Origin: Zootoca vivipara
Taxonomy: Eukaryota
Length of the DNA: 64,000 nucleotides
Direction of reading: 5' to 3'
NCBI RefSeq assembly: GCF_963506605.1
Contig: NC_083277.1
Coordinates: 62,682,001-62,746,000, forward strand
The notes beneath the pieces are model-generated. The model saw only the letters and a list, made by a program, of their open reading frames with translations, did no database searches and was not told where the DNA came from. Shown here piece after piece: positions 27,921 through 38,479 of this stretch; position 1 is the first letter of the stretch, and the number at the start of each line of letters is the position of its first letter. Made by a program: the position numbers and the translations under genes.

Positions 27921-28058
27921 GTTCTAGCAGATGACAAGGATGGGGTGATGAACAGCCAGATCACATACTCAATTGTGGTAGGGAATCCATTGGGCCACTT
28001 CATCATTGATCCCAAAGGTGGACAAATCCATATTGCCAAGCACCTGGACAGAGAAGAA
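27921..28058 (+). CDS. FAT2: FAT2 coding exon
   Basis: (ct)n-ccag|GTT...GAA|gtgagt; VLADDKDGVMNSQITYSIVVGNPLGHFIIDPKGGQIHIAKHLDREE; 138 bp. Confidence 0.93.
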
Positions 28059-28757
28059 GTGAGTGACAGATTCAGTGGGAGTGAAGCTAAGATGTGTTAG
28101 GGTTTAATACTGAATAATTAAACTACTGGCAACACATCCAGAGGAACTTTTTCCAAAATGGAAGTAATGGTGCCCATCTGCCTAACATGTTCATAATACT
28201 AATAAAATGTGATAGTCAATAAGAAAGGGTAGTTTAACATTCACTGGGCATAGAAATCAATATGAAGGCTACTTTGAATGTGCAGTAAGAGCTGCAGTTT
28301 AAATGGGAAGGCAGGAGCATTCAGTGGTTAGAATACCCATATTTGTGGTTTCTTGATTTGGTGTATAAGCCTAATCTCATCTACATCCTCCACCCTTGCT
28401 TCACCATCTGTGAGTTGTGATCTCTGTTTATAAAATAAGGGTAATGTAGTTATCTTAATTTATTTATTTTTTTAAATTTTATTTACAGACTTTTACAATA
28501 TACAAAATAAAAATAAATCACAATCATTCCTGATTCCCCTTCCCCTCTTTCTGCAGTTCCTTGTTTATATTTTAATTTACTGCATATCCAAATTTACTAC
28601 TGATTGACTGACATGCACTTAGAACTGATCAACCCTGAAAGTCTTAGTAAAGTAGAAGGCACTTATAATATTAGGCCATAAATGATACTTTACTTAATCA
28701 TTATTTAATGTGTATTGGAATAACCAAGCTCCTTGGTACATGCGTTGTATTTTCTAG

Positions 28758-28901
28758 ATATCCAGCTATTCTCTCAAAGTCCGAGCCACTGACAATGGAC
28801 AGGTTTCTTTTTTCAATGACACCACTGTACTCATTCGGGTGTCTGATGTCAATGATAACCCACCCAGGTTCTTTCAGCTGAATTACAGTGTGACTGTTCA
28901 G
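28758..28901 (+). CDS. FAT2: FAT2 coding exon
   Basis: ttctag|ATA...CAG|gtaaag; ISSYSLKVRATDNG...VSDVNDNPPRF; 144 bp. Confidence 0.93.
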
Positions 28902-29395
28902 GTAAAGTATCAATTCCAAAGCATCAGCCTTACCCGATTAGTCTTTTTCAAAGATAATCCTAAGAGTGGCCATGTTCATCACAGGGTTTCCTATAGGCTA
29001 AGAGGCAGCTCAAGATTTACAGTAATAATAATAAATAAATAAACCAATCCGGTGAAATTCCAGGAATATTTCATTCTTTCACAGTTTTCTACATAGCCCT
29101 TGAGTTAACTGGATTTGAAGATATTAACTGTGTTGCAATATCCACATTTGGTCAGAAGATTCTTTACAGCATAATTGCCAAAATATCTATTTAACATTTA
29201 AAGAGGTATACAAAGTGGGGCATTTTATTATGCTCACGTGCTCTGCACATGCATAACCCCCTAGCACTTTTTGTTTCTGTTTTTGTGGTGGCTTTTGACC
29301 AAAGCAAATGAACCTTGAACCTGTAAGCCAACTTGGCCATTCTGCAACTAACTAGACAACTGGTCTTTCTCCAACTTTTCCCCTTAACATTTCAG

Positions 29396-29593
29396 GAGAA
29401 CTCTCCAGTTGGCAGTAGTGTCCTGGAGCTCATCATGAGTGACAGAGACTCCCCAGAGAATGGTCCTCCATATTCTTTCCAGATCACTGAAGGCAATGAT
29501 GGCAAGGCATTCCAGATCAATCAGGATGGAGTGTTGCTGACATCATCCATTCTGAACAGAATAACCAAAGAACAATACCTTCTGCAAGTCCAG
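29396..29593 (+). CDS. FAT2: FAT2 coding exon
   Basis: tttcag|GAG...CAG|gtagat; ENSPVGSSVLELIMSDRDSPENGPPY; 198 bp. Confidence 0.93.
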
Positions 29594-30463
29594 GTAGATC
29601 CATCTTAGGCTCAAGTCACACATTCCGTGGGAGGATTCTGAGTGGCTCTCCCAGAATTTTTTTTATAAATGAAATGGAGCTGGAGAGCTGCCAGTTTCTT
29701 TAGAGCAGCAATGCTGGCTAAGGGGCTGTTTCTCACAACAAAAGTGCACCTATTAGGTAGCCTGCTGTTTGTTCTGTTGAGAGAAAGATACAAGTACCTT
29801 ACAGAGCAAACAGCAGCTTGGAAGTGTGTATTTTGATTGCAAAATCACACTAATGGTTGGGTTAAATAGCCGCTTCCCCAGTGCCACTGCTCCAACAGCA
29901 TTGGTAACCCACGCAGAAAGACCCTTTGGTAACCCACACCTTTAAACAAACATTCCCCACAAAATACTTAGCCCTGAATAAATTACAGGCACTCAGCTTT
30001 GCAAGTAAGTGAATATTTTGCCCACAGAATTTCAGAAGTTACAACATATATGTCTCCATCTGCCGGCAGTAAAATAAAGTTGGAAAAAAAATGGTTCCAA
30101 ACAACTTAAAAATAAAAGCATTTGGTTTCCTTCCTTCCTTCATTGGGTTAGCAAAGATGCTGGTTATAAAATCTCCATTTAGGGAGATTCAGTTCACTTG
30201 CAGGGAGCCATGGCCGCATGGCTCCTTCTTCCAGGAAGCTCAAAGAGAGAGGAAACAAAAGGCTGCCGGGAGCCTGCCAAACTCCACTCCCACTGGCAAC
30301 CTGAACTCAGATTAACCCTTTCATTATGCAAGTGTTTGTTGTTAACTGTATATTACATCATTTCATACCTTGAGTAGGAGACCTGAGTAGGAGAGGGAGG
30401 CATGCTAGCAACACGTTAGTGTTAGTGCAAAGTTGTAAACATCTGCCGAATTTCCCTCAACAG

Positions 30464-31274
30464 GTTACAGACAGTGGTATCCCTCCTCTCTCTTCATCTG
30501 CATTTGTAAACATCCAGGTGACGCAGCAAAGCAGATATCCACCTTCAGCCCTCTCTCTGGAGATTTTCATCAGTACTAATGAAAGAGCATTCCGCGGTGG
30601 GGTTCTTGGCAAAATTCATGCCACAGATCGAGACCCTCATGACACTCTGATGTACACTCTGGAGTCGGAAGTGCCAGAAAAGAGGCACTTCTCCGTGGGG
30701 GCTACAGATGGGAAGATAATTGCAGGCGAAAGTCTCCCGCACGGTCACTATGCCCTGAATGTAACTGTCAGTGATGGGACCTTTGCAGCCACAACCAGCG
30801 TCCACATCCACGTGTGGTCCTTCAGCCAGGAAGCTGTGGATAAGGCGGTGGTGCTGCACTTCCGCCACCTCACCCCTGAGGAGTTTATAGGCGATCACTG
30901 GCGCAACCTGCAAAGGTTTCTGGGAAGCCTCTTCGAAACCAGGCGGCAGAACATCCACATGGCTAGCTTGCAGCCTTCAGGTGCTACCAATGGTGTGGAC
31001 CTTCTGCTGGCCATTGGGGAGCCCCACCATTCGTTCTTTCAGCCCAGCTTCCTTGCTAGCCGGATTTCTGAGTCAGCTGAAGAGATGGACCAGCGAGTAG
31101 GGCTGAAGATGAAGAAGGTGACTCATGTCCCATGCCAGGAGGGGGACTGTACCACTCAGCGTGCTTGCAGAGAGACAATGCAGCTTGACCCGGGCATGGT
31201 GTTCACTTACAGTACCGCTCGACTCAGCGTTCTCACTCCTCGGCACAGTTTGGAACAAATGTGTTCTTGCAATG
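30464..31274 (+). CDS. FAT2: FAT2 coding exon (last cadherin repeat and linker)
   Basis: caacag|GTT...AATG|gtgaga; contains the FAT-family linker LTPEEFIGDHWRNLQRFL and YSTARLSVLTPRH; 811 bp. Confidence 0.94.
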
Positions 31275-31372
31275 GTGAGAAAGTCTTCTGATAAATCACC
31301 TCCTTGAAAGTATTTCAAGGTTTTCTGCTGGTGTCCTTTTTGAACATTGTAGAATGACCTGCATATTTTGTT

Positions 31373-31375
<3 letters not shown>

Positions 31376-31423
<48 letters not shown>
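31376..31423. repeat. (CA)n microsatellite
   Basis: Direct reading. Confidence 0.95.
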
Positions 31424-31427
<4 letters not shown>

Positions 31428-32448
31428 CTTGCATCTTTGTCATTCAGACCAAAAATAATGTCCTTCCAAAAACTCAGAAAATAGCTACTCCACCCCCAAA
31501 CTAACCTGTGGTAGAGCCTACGTCTTGCATGCAGGTGGTCACAGATTCGATCCCTGGCATCCTTAGTTAGGGTTGGAAATGCTTCCTATCCAAAACCCTG
31601 GACATCTGCTGCCAGTCAGCTGAGCTAGATAAACCTGACACCAAATAAATCAGCTTCCTATGTAGTCACTGGGAGCACAACACGGTCCAATCCCCCCCCC
31701 CCGCCCTCCTGTGAAATCCCTGTGAAACCTACCTGCCTGCCTTGCTCTCCCCAGTTTCTATCCCATACACCTGTTTCCTTGCACTGCTGCTCCAGCAGCA
31801 GTGGGCCAGGGAATTTGGTCTTTCCCTGCTCCCTCTCAGATACCTGGCATGCTGCTACACCTAGAATTGCTTCGACTAAGTGTGGTTTTCACAGGGCTTG
31901 CAATAGGCTTTTGGTGGCATCTGTCTGTCTCGAGACGCAATGGAAGACTGCGCCACCAGGGATAAAGTCAAACTGTTTGAGAGTGGCTGTGGCTATAGAG
32001 ATCAATATGGGAAAAAGGTGTTTTATGGCAGCTGGGGCAGATGAAGGCACCTGGAAATTAACTTTTGAGACTGTCATCCAGTAGAAAATGTGAATTTTGA
32101 CGGCTTCACTCCCTGTCTGATGCTCTTTTGTGATGTGGATTGCAAGGGGTGTTCATTTTAACCCCTGTGATGCTGTGCCTTAGGGAAGCAGAGCTGGCGT
32201 AGACTTGCAGCTAAGGAAACTGAATTCTGAATCAGGAGGTCTCTAGTTCAAATCTCACCTCTGCCATGGCTTGCTAGGTAGACTTAGTCAAGCTACTCTC
32301 TCTCTCAGTCCCCCCCACCTGCAATACTGGGGGCAGCAATACTAGCTTCCTTTAGAGGGTTGCTGCATGGATCTGCTCATGCGTGTCCAAATCACACTTA
32401 AAAGTGCCATACAATTGTGAAGTATTATTATTAAGTATCACTATAGAT

Positions 32449-32584
32449 CAGGCATGTCAAACCTGCGGCCCTCCAGATGTTTTGGACTACAATTCCCATC
32501 TTCCCCAACCACTGGTCCTGCTAGCTAGGGATCATGGGAGTTGTAGGCCAAAACATCTGGAGGGCCGCAGGTTTGACATGCCTG
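32449..32584. mobile_element. 136-bp palindromic hAT MITE
   Basis: TIR CAGGCATGTCAAACCTGCGGCCC; perfect 8-bp TSD CTATAGAT. Confidence 0.9.
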
Positions 32585-32682
32585 CTATAGATCATGTTCA
32601 GGATAGAGAATGCATAGAACTAGAAGAGTATGATGTCCTGTTTCTGAAAGCAGCTTTTTTAAAAAAACACTTTCATTTCCAG

Positions 32683-32828
32683 GTACAGCTTTGAAGTTCA
32701 GTGGACACAGCTACATATGGTACCACCACCAAGGTAAAAGGGATTGGCAAATGCAGTTCCACTTGAAAACTCATCAGCTCCATGCCGTCCTGCTCACTAC
32801 CAATGGAACCAATAGTGCAGTTCTGCAG
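32683..32828 (+). CDS. FAT2: FAT2 coding exon (laminin-G N-terminal part)
   Basis: ttccag|GT...CAG|gtagga; TALKFSGHSYIWY...FHLKT; 146 bp. Confidence 0.92.
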
Positions 32829-32930
32829 GTAGGAATTGTGGATCCTTACATCCTCCCACCACCACTACCCTGCAACCCAAGGAAGCAGGCACAATGTCCT
32901 TCCCCATCTCAAATGTAGAGCACCTACATA

Positions 32931-33060
32931 TGTAGCTCAGTTCGTTAGAGTGTGGTGCTAATAACACCAAGGTTACAGCTTTGATCCTTGTAAGGGACAC
33001 CTGCATATTCCTGTATTGCAGGGCATTGGACTAGATGGTTCTCAAGGTCATTTCCAGCTG
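32931..33060 (+). mobile_element. tRNA-Ile(AAT)-headed SINE with the same CR1-derived tail
   Basis: tagctcagttcgttagagtgtggtgctaataacaccaagg matches tRNA-Ile(AAT); followed by atattcctgtattgcagggcattggactagatg. Confidence 0.72.
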
Positions 33061-35205
33061 TATGTTTATATATGTAGAGGTGCACTTTGCAAAAAAAAGG
33101 GAGGGGGAGGCAAAAAAACCCCAACCATTTTGGTTTCTTGAAAAGTCGGTAAGTTTCTGTCTTTATTTAAAGAAGTATTTCTAAACTGTCAACTTATAAA
33201 AGTAATATCATTGTGGTGTACAATAAAATCATTAAAACATAATAGAATTATAAAATCATAATATACAGAACAAATGGTCCAGAACCAGATTAATTCTCCA
33301 ATTACAACCGTCTGTTTTCAGTAGCCAATGAAATGGCCAAAATTGTAGGTGCTCCTCTGGTTTCAGCAGGAACAGCGTACCAGAATCCTGGTGCCACTGT
33401 ACTAAAAGCCTTAGTTCATGCAGAAGCTAAACAAATATGTGATAACTTTGGGACATCAGGCGTTATACAGTTTATACCAGTAGTAGCTTGGTAATGAACT
33501 GGCAATCAATGCAGAGCTTTCAGTATCAGGGTATCCTGCCAATTCAATGAACTTAGGAACTTGGGAGGCCTCGGGGTTTCCATTTCATTATGATTCAGGT
33601 TCATGGTTCAGTTCCTCTCATCCTGGCCACACAGGAAAACAGCAGTCATCAATTCAAGCGGGCTGCCATAAATATTTCAATACATATCTGTGTCTTTCAA
33701 GTGGAGATGTGCTGAAATATAGTGTCATGGGCCATGTGGTTGATCTGGATGAACGAATAAGCTTCTCACATGTGGGGTCAAAACTGATGTGGTGCAGGAG
33801 ACTGTCATCTGCTCACCCTGTTAACATAGGAACATAGAAAGCTACCTTACGCTGAGTGAGACCATTGGTCCATCTACCTCAGTATTGTCTACACTGATTG
33901 GCCACAGATCTCCAGGTGGAGGAGATATGTTTCAGGCAGAGGATATTCCCAGCCCTACCTGGAGATGCTGAGGATTGAACTAGGGGCCTTCTGCATGCAA
34001 AGAAGATGGCCTACCATTGAGCTACTAATGCCCTTTTTCCCTTTTAAAGCAGCCATGTCTACATATCGGGCACCTAATTTAATCCACAGAGCAGTGCTGA
34101 GGGAATGGGAACTTCAACCCTTCCCATCCCACGTGTTCCCGTTCAGCCTGAACCTGCTGTTAACCCCACTGTGGGGGTGAAGGACAGGCATCATCCATGA
34201 AGTCTATGGGGGCTTTTTACCTTCGCCACCCGCTTTCTTAAACAATGCTCATACAATTGCTTAAACTGAATTAGGTTGAGACTAGCTGCTAATCTGCAAG
34301 ACAAAAATTTGCACATTCAGATCGCACAATTATGGTGGACCTGCAGAGGCTGCACAACAAACCTATTCCCCCCCCCCCAAATATCAGACTTCTTGTGATA
34401 AGGAAAGTAATGGAAAAGACACTGGGAGGTGTGAGGAATGCTTGCCTTGATGCAACATCAGCAAACAGGTTGGAATGAATGCTTGTTAAATAGCCAGCAT
34501 TGACTAATTTCCATGCAGGTGGGGGGGGGGGGAGAGAATGACTGCTCAACAAAATGGCTGTCTGGTCTCCTACGCAGCATTCAGTAAAAAAAGAATATGC
34601 TTAACGGGCATAAGGTTAGGGAAATTGAATATCCTTTGATGATTCATAAGGGGAGAAGGCAGTCACAGAATTGCCTCCCACATTTCTAACACTCAAGAGC
34701 CATTGGATAAAGATGAATAGGCAAAGCGCTTAGCTAATTATAGCTATTCAGGTAGTCTGATGACAGTTTATAATAATTACTACACATAATTCATTAGCTT
34801 TTAATGATCTAGCCTGTTTACACAATAAGTCTGAGCTAAAAACACCTCCCGCATCTTGTTGCTGTTTTTCTCGCACATCTAATTGTTTTATCTTTTTGGC
34901 TGAAACACTTTGCTGGCAGAGAGTGTCACTTATTGTGGGACAGAATCCCCCCAGTTCCTTGATCCTTGTCTAGCTCTGGTTTTTCATGCTGAAATCAGTG
35001 GAATTAGAGAGATGCTTAGCACTTTTGGAAATCCAGTTCCACAGGTTTTCCTAGCGCTGGCTATCACAGGCACAGCCTCTAAGCCGAGGTGTCCGTTTAG
35101 TTGTTTCACCACAATTTTAATTAACTTCTTATCTTTGTTTTTATGTGATCCATAGCTTGTGTCTTTATTAGCAATGGTTCAGATTTGACAGATTGATTTT
35201 GTGTG

Positions 35206-35659
35206 TGTAAGAGAGAGGGCTTGCAGAGAGCAGCCCACTCTGCTTACTTCCACCAGATGGGAGAGCAGCAGCAAGTCTGGGAGTTCAAATCAGGAACAGG
35301 AAGGGTTAAGACGGGTCCAGGGCTCTGCAGAGTCCTGGTGGCTCAGCTCCAGGTTGGTAGCAGGGAAGCAGGGGAGGAGCTAGCTTCAGCAGGGGCTGGA
35401 AAGGAGGGAGGAGAGAGAACGGCACCTCAGGAGCCTGGTTTGGGACCACGGAGGACCCATAGTGCAAGGAGGAGGGGCGTTTGGAGTCTTAAAAGGGGGG
35501 TCAGAGCCCACGAGACGCCATTGTGGGCTTCTGCCCCATGCAGAGCAGACATGATTTGAGACATCTCACCACTGTATATAGCATGCACAATAAAACTATG
35601 AAAATCCAGAGGATGTGTGGAGTGCTTACTCGGGACTAGCCAACACCCCATCTGTGACA
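35206..35659 (+). repeat. 5' LTR
   Basis: TG...CA ends; TATA-like TTAAAA at 35489; AATAAA at 35589. Confidence 0.95.
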
Positions 35660-35661
35660 GC

Positions 35662-35672
35662 AAGCCCACAAT
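35662..35672 (+). promoter_or_regulatory. Self-priming primer-binding site
   Basis: AAGCCCACAAT, 2 nt after the 5' LTR, is the exact reverse complement of ATTGTGGGCTT at 35520-35530. Confidence 0.8.
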
Positions 35673-35981
35673 CTTTTGATGGCTACCCCGAGGGAAGAGG
35701 GCTGCAAATGTAGCAGCCGGCATGAAGTTGGCAGCATCTAAAGCAGAAGAGAGAGATGCCGAGGGAGGATTGGCCTGAGTTGCCAGCACCCTGCAACTAT
35801 GGAACGGCTCAAGCACCAGGTAGGCACCCGGGCACAGGGGAAGCCAAGCTTAGTGAACCGAGCAGCTCTGAACACAGCCAAGCCGGGGGAGCGGAGGCTG
35901 GACAAGCAGAGAGGACACTCGGGACGGGCCAGCACTTCGTAGGGCGACCCTCAGCACAAGCTGGCTCTAAGACTGAGAGGC

Positions 35982-38177
35982 ATGGTGGCGTGGAAGTGCA
36001 GGAGGCTGAGAGGCGAGTCCGGGCAGAGGGGACAGACGGAGGGGAAAGGCAGCGGCCACAAGTTCCCATACAGTCCCGGGGAGGCAGCTGCAGCACAGCA
36101 CAGCCCCCTCCAGCCAGATGTGATGCAGAGGGACAAAGCCCGCGCGCGGGTACTTTCAAACGCTGACGCGGGAAAACAGAGGGAAGAGAAAGGCGGGAGA
36201 TGCCTTTACAATGCACCCAGCCACTGGGTGGAACACTGCCCCCAGAGGAAGGAATGGCGAGAGCAGGCAGGCACAGACACAAGCCTGGATGCCAGATCAG
36301 GAGGGGAGGGGCCAGGCAGAGCACCAACAACTGAGCCCTCCCGTAACACCCCACAGCACGACAAAGAGATGGAAGTAAGTCTGCAGCTGCCAAGAGGCCA
36401 GACCCAGGAGACAGTCGGGCTTCTCTGCAGGGGCAGCAGCAATGATTTCCTATCGGTGGACTTTGCTAGGCAGAATCAGATTCCCCTTTTCCCAAGGAAG
36501 CTTCCCATGAGCGTCTCGGCCATAGACGGCAGGGAATTGCAGGAGGGTGAGGTCACGCAACAGACCCCCTCTCGGAAGATGACAGTGAACAAGCACGCAG
36601 AAGTGCTAGCTTTGGACTTAATGGACAATGACCCTGTGGGCAGCCAGCGCCGGGGAGATCTCACCTTTGGAGATGCAGACGGCAAGGAGCACTGCAGGAA
36701 AGAAGGAGAATCCTCAGGATCGCACCACATCAGCTCCCCAGGCGGATGGAACGACGCAGAGGCGGGGATGCAGGAAGAGAAACTGAGCCGACTCACCAAA
36801 GAGGACACTTTTACCCAGAACATACGGAGGGACTTGAGGGAGAAAAAGGGGGCAGGGGAAGGGCTTGCCGAGAAAGAGGGGTTACTCTTTAGCAATGATG
36901 CCCGGTATATGCCCCAGGACTCCCTCAGAGGGAAGATTCTCAGGCAATATCATGACAACCCCACGGAGGGGCATGCAGTACATGTCTTCACGAGGCTCAC
37001 ACCCAGTAAGGCCAGTCTTGGGCGAAACCCCAGAGCCTTCCCAGAGCAGGGGGAGGGGGAGATTGGGGGACCACCTATTGAGGCATGGGGTGAGAGGAGG
37101 GAGACAGTACACCAACAACTGGATGGAGACGTGGCAAGGAGCAATGAGGCTTACAAGGAGGGGGCAGACCATCACGGGGGACTGGAGAAGGTCTTCCACG
37201 GAGGCGACAGGGTCTGGCTGTGGTCAGAAGGCCTTCCCATGGGGGGAAGGGGGAAGAAGCTGGCACCCAGAAGGCTGGGGCCCTTCAAGGTTCTGACACA
37301 GATCAACCCTGTCACCTTCAGGGGGGAAGTACCTACAGCGAGAAAGGTCCATCCCGTGGGTCACAGGTCTTTGCTCTCACACTTTAGGGAAAGCCCAAGG
37401 TTCAGAGGACGTGACACACATCCAACACAAGACGCTGACAGGAGGGAGGGGGAGGAAATCACACAAAAGACACTAGACAGAAGGGTGGAGGGAGAAGGCA
37501 GCCAAGAGGTTCCAGAAAGAAAGGAAGAGGAGGAGGTCTACAGTGCCACAGCGAGCCCGGGCTCCCGGTGGGGGGAGGGGGGGTTAAAATGTCTGATGGC
37601 CAGGCAGGGCACTCCTGCTTCCCAAAACGCGGAGGCAACCACGCACACCATGCAAGGGGAGGACCGCACACTGGAACTGCACGCTCCTTTCTCCCACAGA
37701 CCCAAACCACCACACGTCAGTAGCACAGGGAACACAGAGGGGGAGGGCGATCCCAGGTGGGGAGCAGGGGAGACGCAGACCCAAGGAGCCCTCCGGGAAT
37801 CGGAAGCAATTTTCCAGAGGGAGGAGGAGGATGACAACGGAAGGAACTACACGGACCAGCCACCCAGCACCGACGGGGAACAGGATTTTACACACACTAC
37901 AGAGGAGGAAGACCTGTCAGGCTTCCAGCCCTCTTTACAGACATCAGACCAGGCAAACCAGGCCTCAGAAAGGGGGGGGGAGCCTGGAGGGGGGGTGGAT
38001 GTAAGAGAGAGGGCTTGCAGAGAGCAGCCCACTCTGCTTACTTCCACCAGATGGGAGAGCAGCAGCAAGTCTGGGAGTTCAAATCAGGAACAGGAAGGGT
38101 TAAGACGGGTCCAGGGCTCTGCAGAGTCCTGGTGGCTCAGCTCCAGGTTGGTAGCAGGGAAGCAGGGGAGGAGCTAG
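35982..38177 (+). CDS. 731-aa ORF of the LTR element: degenerate Gag knuckle-protease-integrase mosaic lacking RT/RNase H
   Basis: CLYNAPSHWVEHC (degenerate CCHC); LLCRGSSNDFLS...AIDGRELQEGEVTQQT (protease-like, no catalytic Asp); LRGKILRQYHDNPTEGH (integrase Zn-binding start); GDRVWL...KKLAPRRLGPFKVLTQINPVTF...HPVGHRSLL (GPF/SH3 module); stop lies inside the 3' LTR. Confidence 0.6.
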   Translation: MVAWKCRRLRGESGQRGQTEGKGSGHKFPYSPGEAAAAQHSPLQPDVMQRDKARARVLSNADAGKQREEKGGRCLYNAPSHWVEHCPQRKEWREQAGTDTSLDARSGGEGPGRAPTTEPSRNTPQHDKEMEVSLQLPRGQTQETVGLLCRGSSNDFLSVDFARQNQIPLFPRKLPMSVSAIDGRELQEGEVTQQTPSRKMTVNKHAEVLALDLMDNDPVGSQRRGDLTFGDADGKEHCRKEGESSGSHHISSPGGWNDAEAGMQEEKLSRLTKEDTFTQNIRRDLREKKGAGEGLAEKEGLLFSNDARYMPQDSLRGKILRQYHDNPTEGHAVHVFTRLTPSKASLGRNPRAFPEQGEGEIGGPPIEAWGERRETVHQQLDGDVARSNEAYKEGADHHGGLEKVFHGGDRVWLWSEGLPMGGRGKKLAPRRLGPFKVLTQINPVTFRGEVPTARKVHPVGHRSLLSHFRESPRFRGRDTHPTQDADRREGEEITQKTLDRRVEGEGSQEVPERKEEEEVYSATASPGSRWGEGGLKCLMARQGTPASQNAEATTHTMQGEDRTLELHAPFSHRPKPPHVSSTGNTEGEGDPRWGAGETQTQGALRESEAIFQREEEDDNGRNYTDQPPSTDGEQDFTHTTEEEDLSGFQPSLQTSDQANQASERGGEPGGGVDVRERACREQPTLLTSTRWESSSKSGSSNQEQEGLRRVQGSAESWWLSSRLVAGKQGRS

Positions 38178-38453
38178 CTTCAGCAGGGGCTGGAAAGGAG
38201 GGAGGAGAGAGAACGGCACCTCAGGAGCCTGGTTTGGGACCACGGAGGACCCATAGTGCAAGGAGGAGGGGCGTTTGGAGTCTTAAAAGGGGGGTCAGAG
38301 CCCACGAGACGCCATTGTGGGCTTCTGCCCCATGCAGAGCAGACATGATTTGAGACATCTCACCACTGTATATAGCATGCACAATAAAACTATGAAAATC
38401 CAGAGGATGTGTGGAGTGCTTACTCGGGACTAGCCAACACCCCATCTGTGACA
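38000..38453 (+). repeat. 3' LTR
   Basis: Copy of the 5' LTR; AATAAA at 38383; preceded by G-rich PPT. Confidence 0.95.
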
Positions 38454-38479
38454 GTGTGTTTTAGTGGTTTTAGTGTATC

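Larger units (their letters stand above)
35206..38453 (+). mobile_element. Non-autonomous Ty3/Gypsy (Tf1/sushi chromovirus-like) LTR retrotransposon
   Basis: Two 454-bp direct repeats TGTAA...TGACA (35206-35659, 38000-38453), no mismatch seen by eye; GTGTG TSD at 35201-35205 and 38454-38458; polypurine tract at ~37986-37999; internal PR/IN/GPF remnants. Confidence 0.95.

Noticed and set aside
35982-38177. Domesticated PEG10/RTL-like host gene
   Set aside because: Flanked by apparently identical LTRs and a TSD, indicating a recent mobile insertion rather than an anciently fixed gene
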